DNA of 53,163 nucleotides. Origin: an uncultured Actinomycetota bacterium. Lineage in GTDB: Bacteria > Actinomycetota > Nitriliruptoria > Euzebyales > JAHELV01. This document shows, one piece after another, positions 52,814-53,163 of the stretch. Made by a program: the position numbers and the translations under genes. The notes beneath the pieces were generated by a model, which made no database searches, was not told where the DNA came from, and saw only the letters and a list, made by a program, of their open reading frames with translations. The first letter of the stretch is position 1; the number at the start of each line of letters is the position of its first letter. The stretch covers positions 1 through 53,163 of the forward strand of contig CAYVGE010000003.1 in the NCBI GenBank assembly GCA_964450395.1, in the 5' to 3' direction.

Positions 52814-53163
52814 TCAGCCCTTCACCGCCCCTGCGGTCAGCCCACGGACGAAGTACCGCTGCAGGCTGAAGAACACGACGACCGGCAGCACCATCGAGAT
52901 GAACGCGCCCGCGGTCAACAGGTGCCAGGCCTCGCCGCGACTGCCGTTCAACGAGTTCAGGGCGATCGTCAGCACGGCGACGTCCTGTGTCTCACCCAGG
53001 AACACCAGCGCCACCAGGAAGTCGTTGAACACCCACAGGAACTGGAAGATGGCGAACGACGCCAGCGCGGGAACCGACAGCGGGATGATCAGCCGGGTGA
53101 AGATCTGGTAGTGGTCGGCGCCGTCGATGCGCGCCGACTCGATCAGCTCCGAGGGCAGCGAGC
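52814..53163 (-). CDS. Carbohydrate ABC transporter permease (MalG/BPD type); 5' end lies outside the window
   Basis: Minus-strand translation gives '..SLPSELIESARIDGADHYQIFTRLIIPLSVPALASFAIFQFLWVFNDFLVALVFL..', the EAA-loop region. Confidence 0.88.
   Translation of the reverse strand, partial: SLPSELIESARIDGADHYQIFTRLIIPLSVPALASFAIFQFLWVFNDFLVALVFLGETQDVAVLTIALNSLNGSRGEAWHLLTAGAFISMVLPVVVFFSLQRYFVRGLTAGAVKG

Noticed and set aside
1-53163. Search for CRISPR arrays, tRNA/rRNA genes, integrases and long terminal repeats
   Set aside because: I saw no regularly spaced 25-40-bp repeats, no tRNA-like T-arm/acceptor signatures in the intergenic regions, and no tyrosine or serine recombinase motifs. 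Absence by eye is not proof. tRNAscan, Infernal and a CRISPR finder should confirm it.

Overview
This is a 53-kb chromosomal segment with very high G+C, roughly 70% by eye. Codon usage and gene content look actinobacterial. I support about 50 protein-coding genes and saw no rRNA, tRNA or CRISPR array.

Main blocks:
(1) 1.8-12.1 kb is a ten-gene, translationally chained glycan operon. It encodes a complete ADP-heptose pathway (gmhA, hldE, and gmhB fused to a GT2), two GT9 heptosyltransferases, two GT4-type transferases, a NodU/CmcH carbamoyltransferase and an SDR. Decayed genes sit at both ends: a GT2 pseudogene upstream and a sulfotransferase stub downstream.
(2) 12.2-17.4 kb is a visibly lower-GC, decayed accessory patch. 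It holds an IS481-type transposase HTH remnant, an intact MetAP paralog divergently paired with an XRE regulator, a duplicated and frameshifted mini-ORF, and small secreted proteins.
(3) 17.4-24.6 kb is housekeeping or accessory: CBS protein, FUSC-type membrane protein, pobA, DUF1269, a lipoprotein and TetR.
(4) 24.8-30.8 kb is a bphO-bphP-response regulator operon. Heme oxygenase and a bacteriophytochrome histidine kinase are followed by a 1028-aa REC-GAF/PAS-PP2C phosphatase.
(5) 31-37 kb holds a CopC-CopD fusion, a double-DUF1990 protein, small membrane and acidic proteins, and an FAD monooxygenase.
(6) 37.1-39.7 kb is a class III cyclase-STAND NTPase-TPR protein.
(7) 39.8-46.7 kb holds DUF47-PiT, then short NfeD-FloA-small ORF, followed by a 992-aa cytosolic S41 peptidase fused to a lipase-like alpha/beta hydrolase.
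(8) 46.9-53.2 kb holds a repeat lipoprotein, an FNT channel, an aldo/keto reductase, a membrane-anchored propeller-like protein, a GH13 alpha-glucosidase and the 3' end of a sugar ABC permease.

All family assignments come from motif recognition by eye, with no database search. Many long ORFs in the supplied track are antisense or off-frame artefacts of high GC and were rejected.

The most unusual items are the heptose operon, the phytochrome-to-PP2C module, the MetAP/XRE pair and the S41-hydrolase fusion. I cannot show from sequence alone that any of them is a truly undescribed system.
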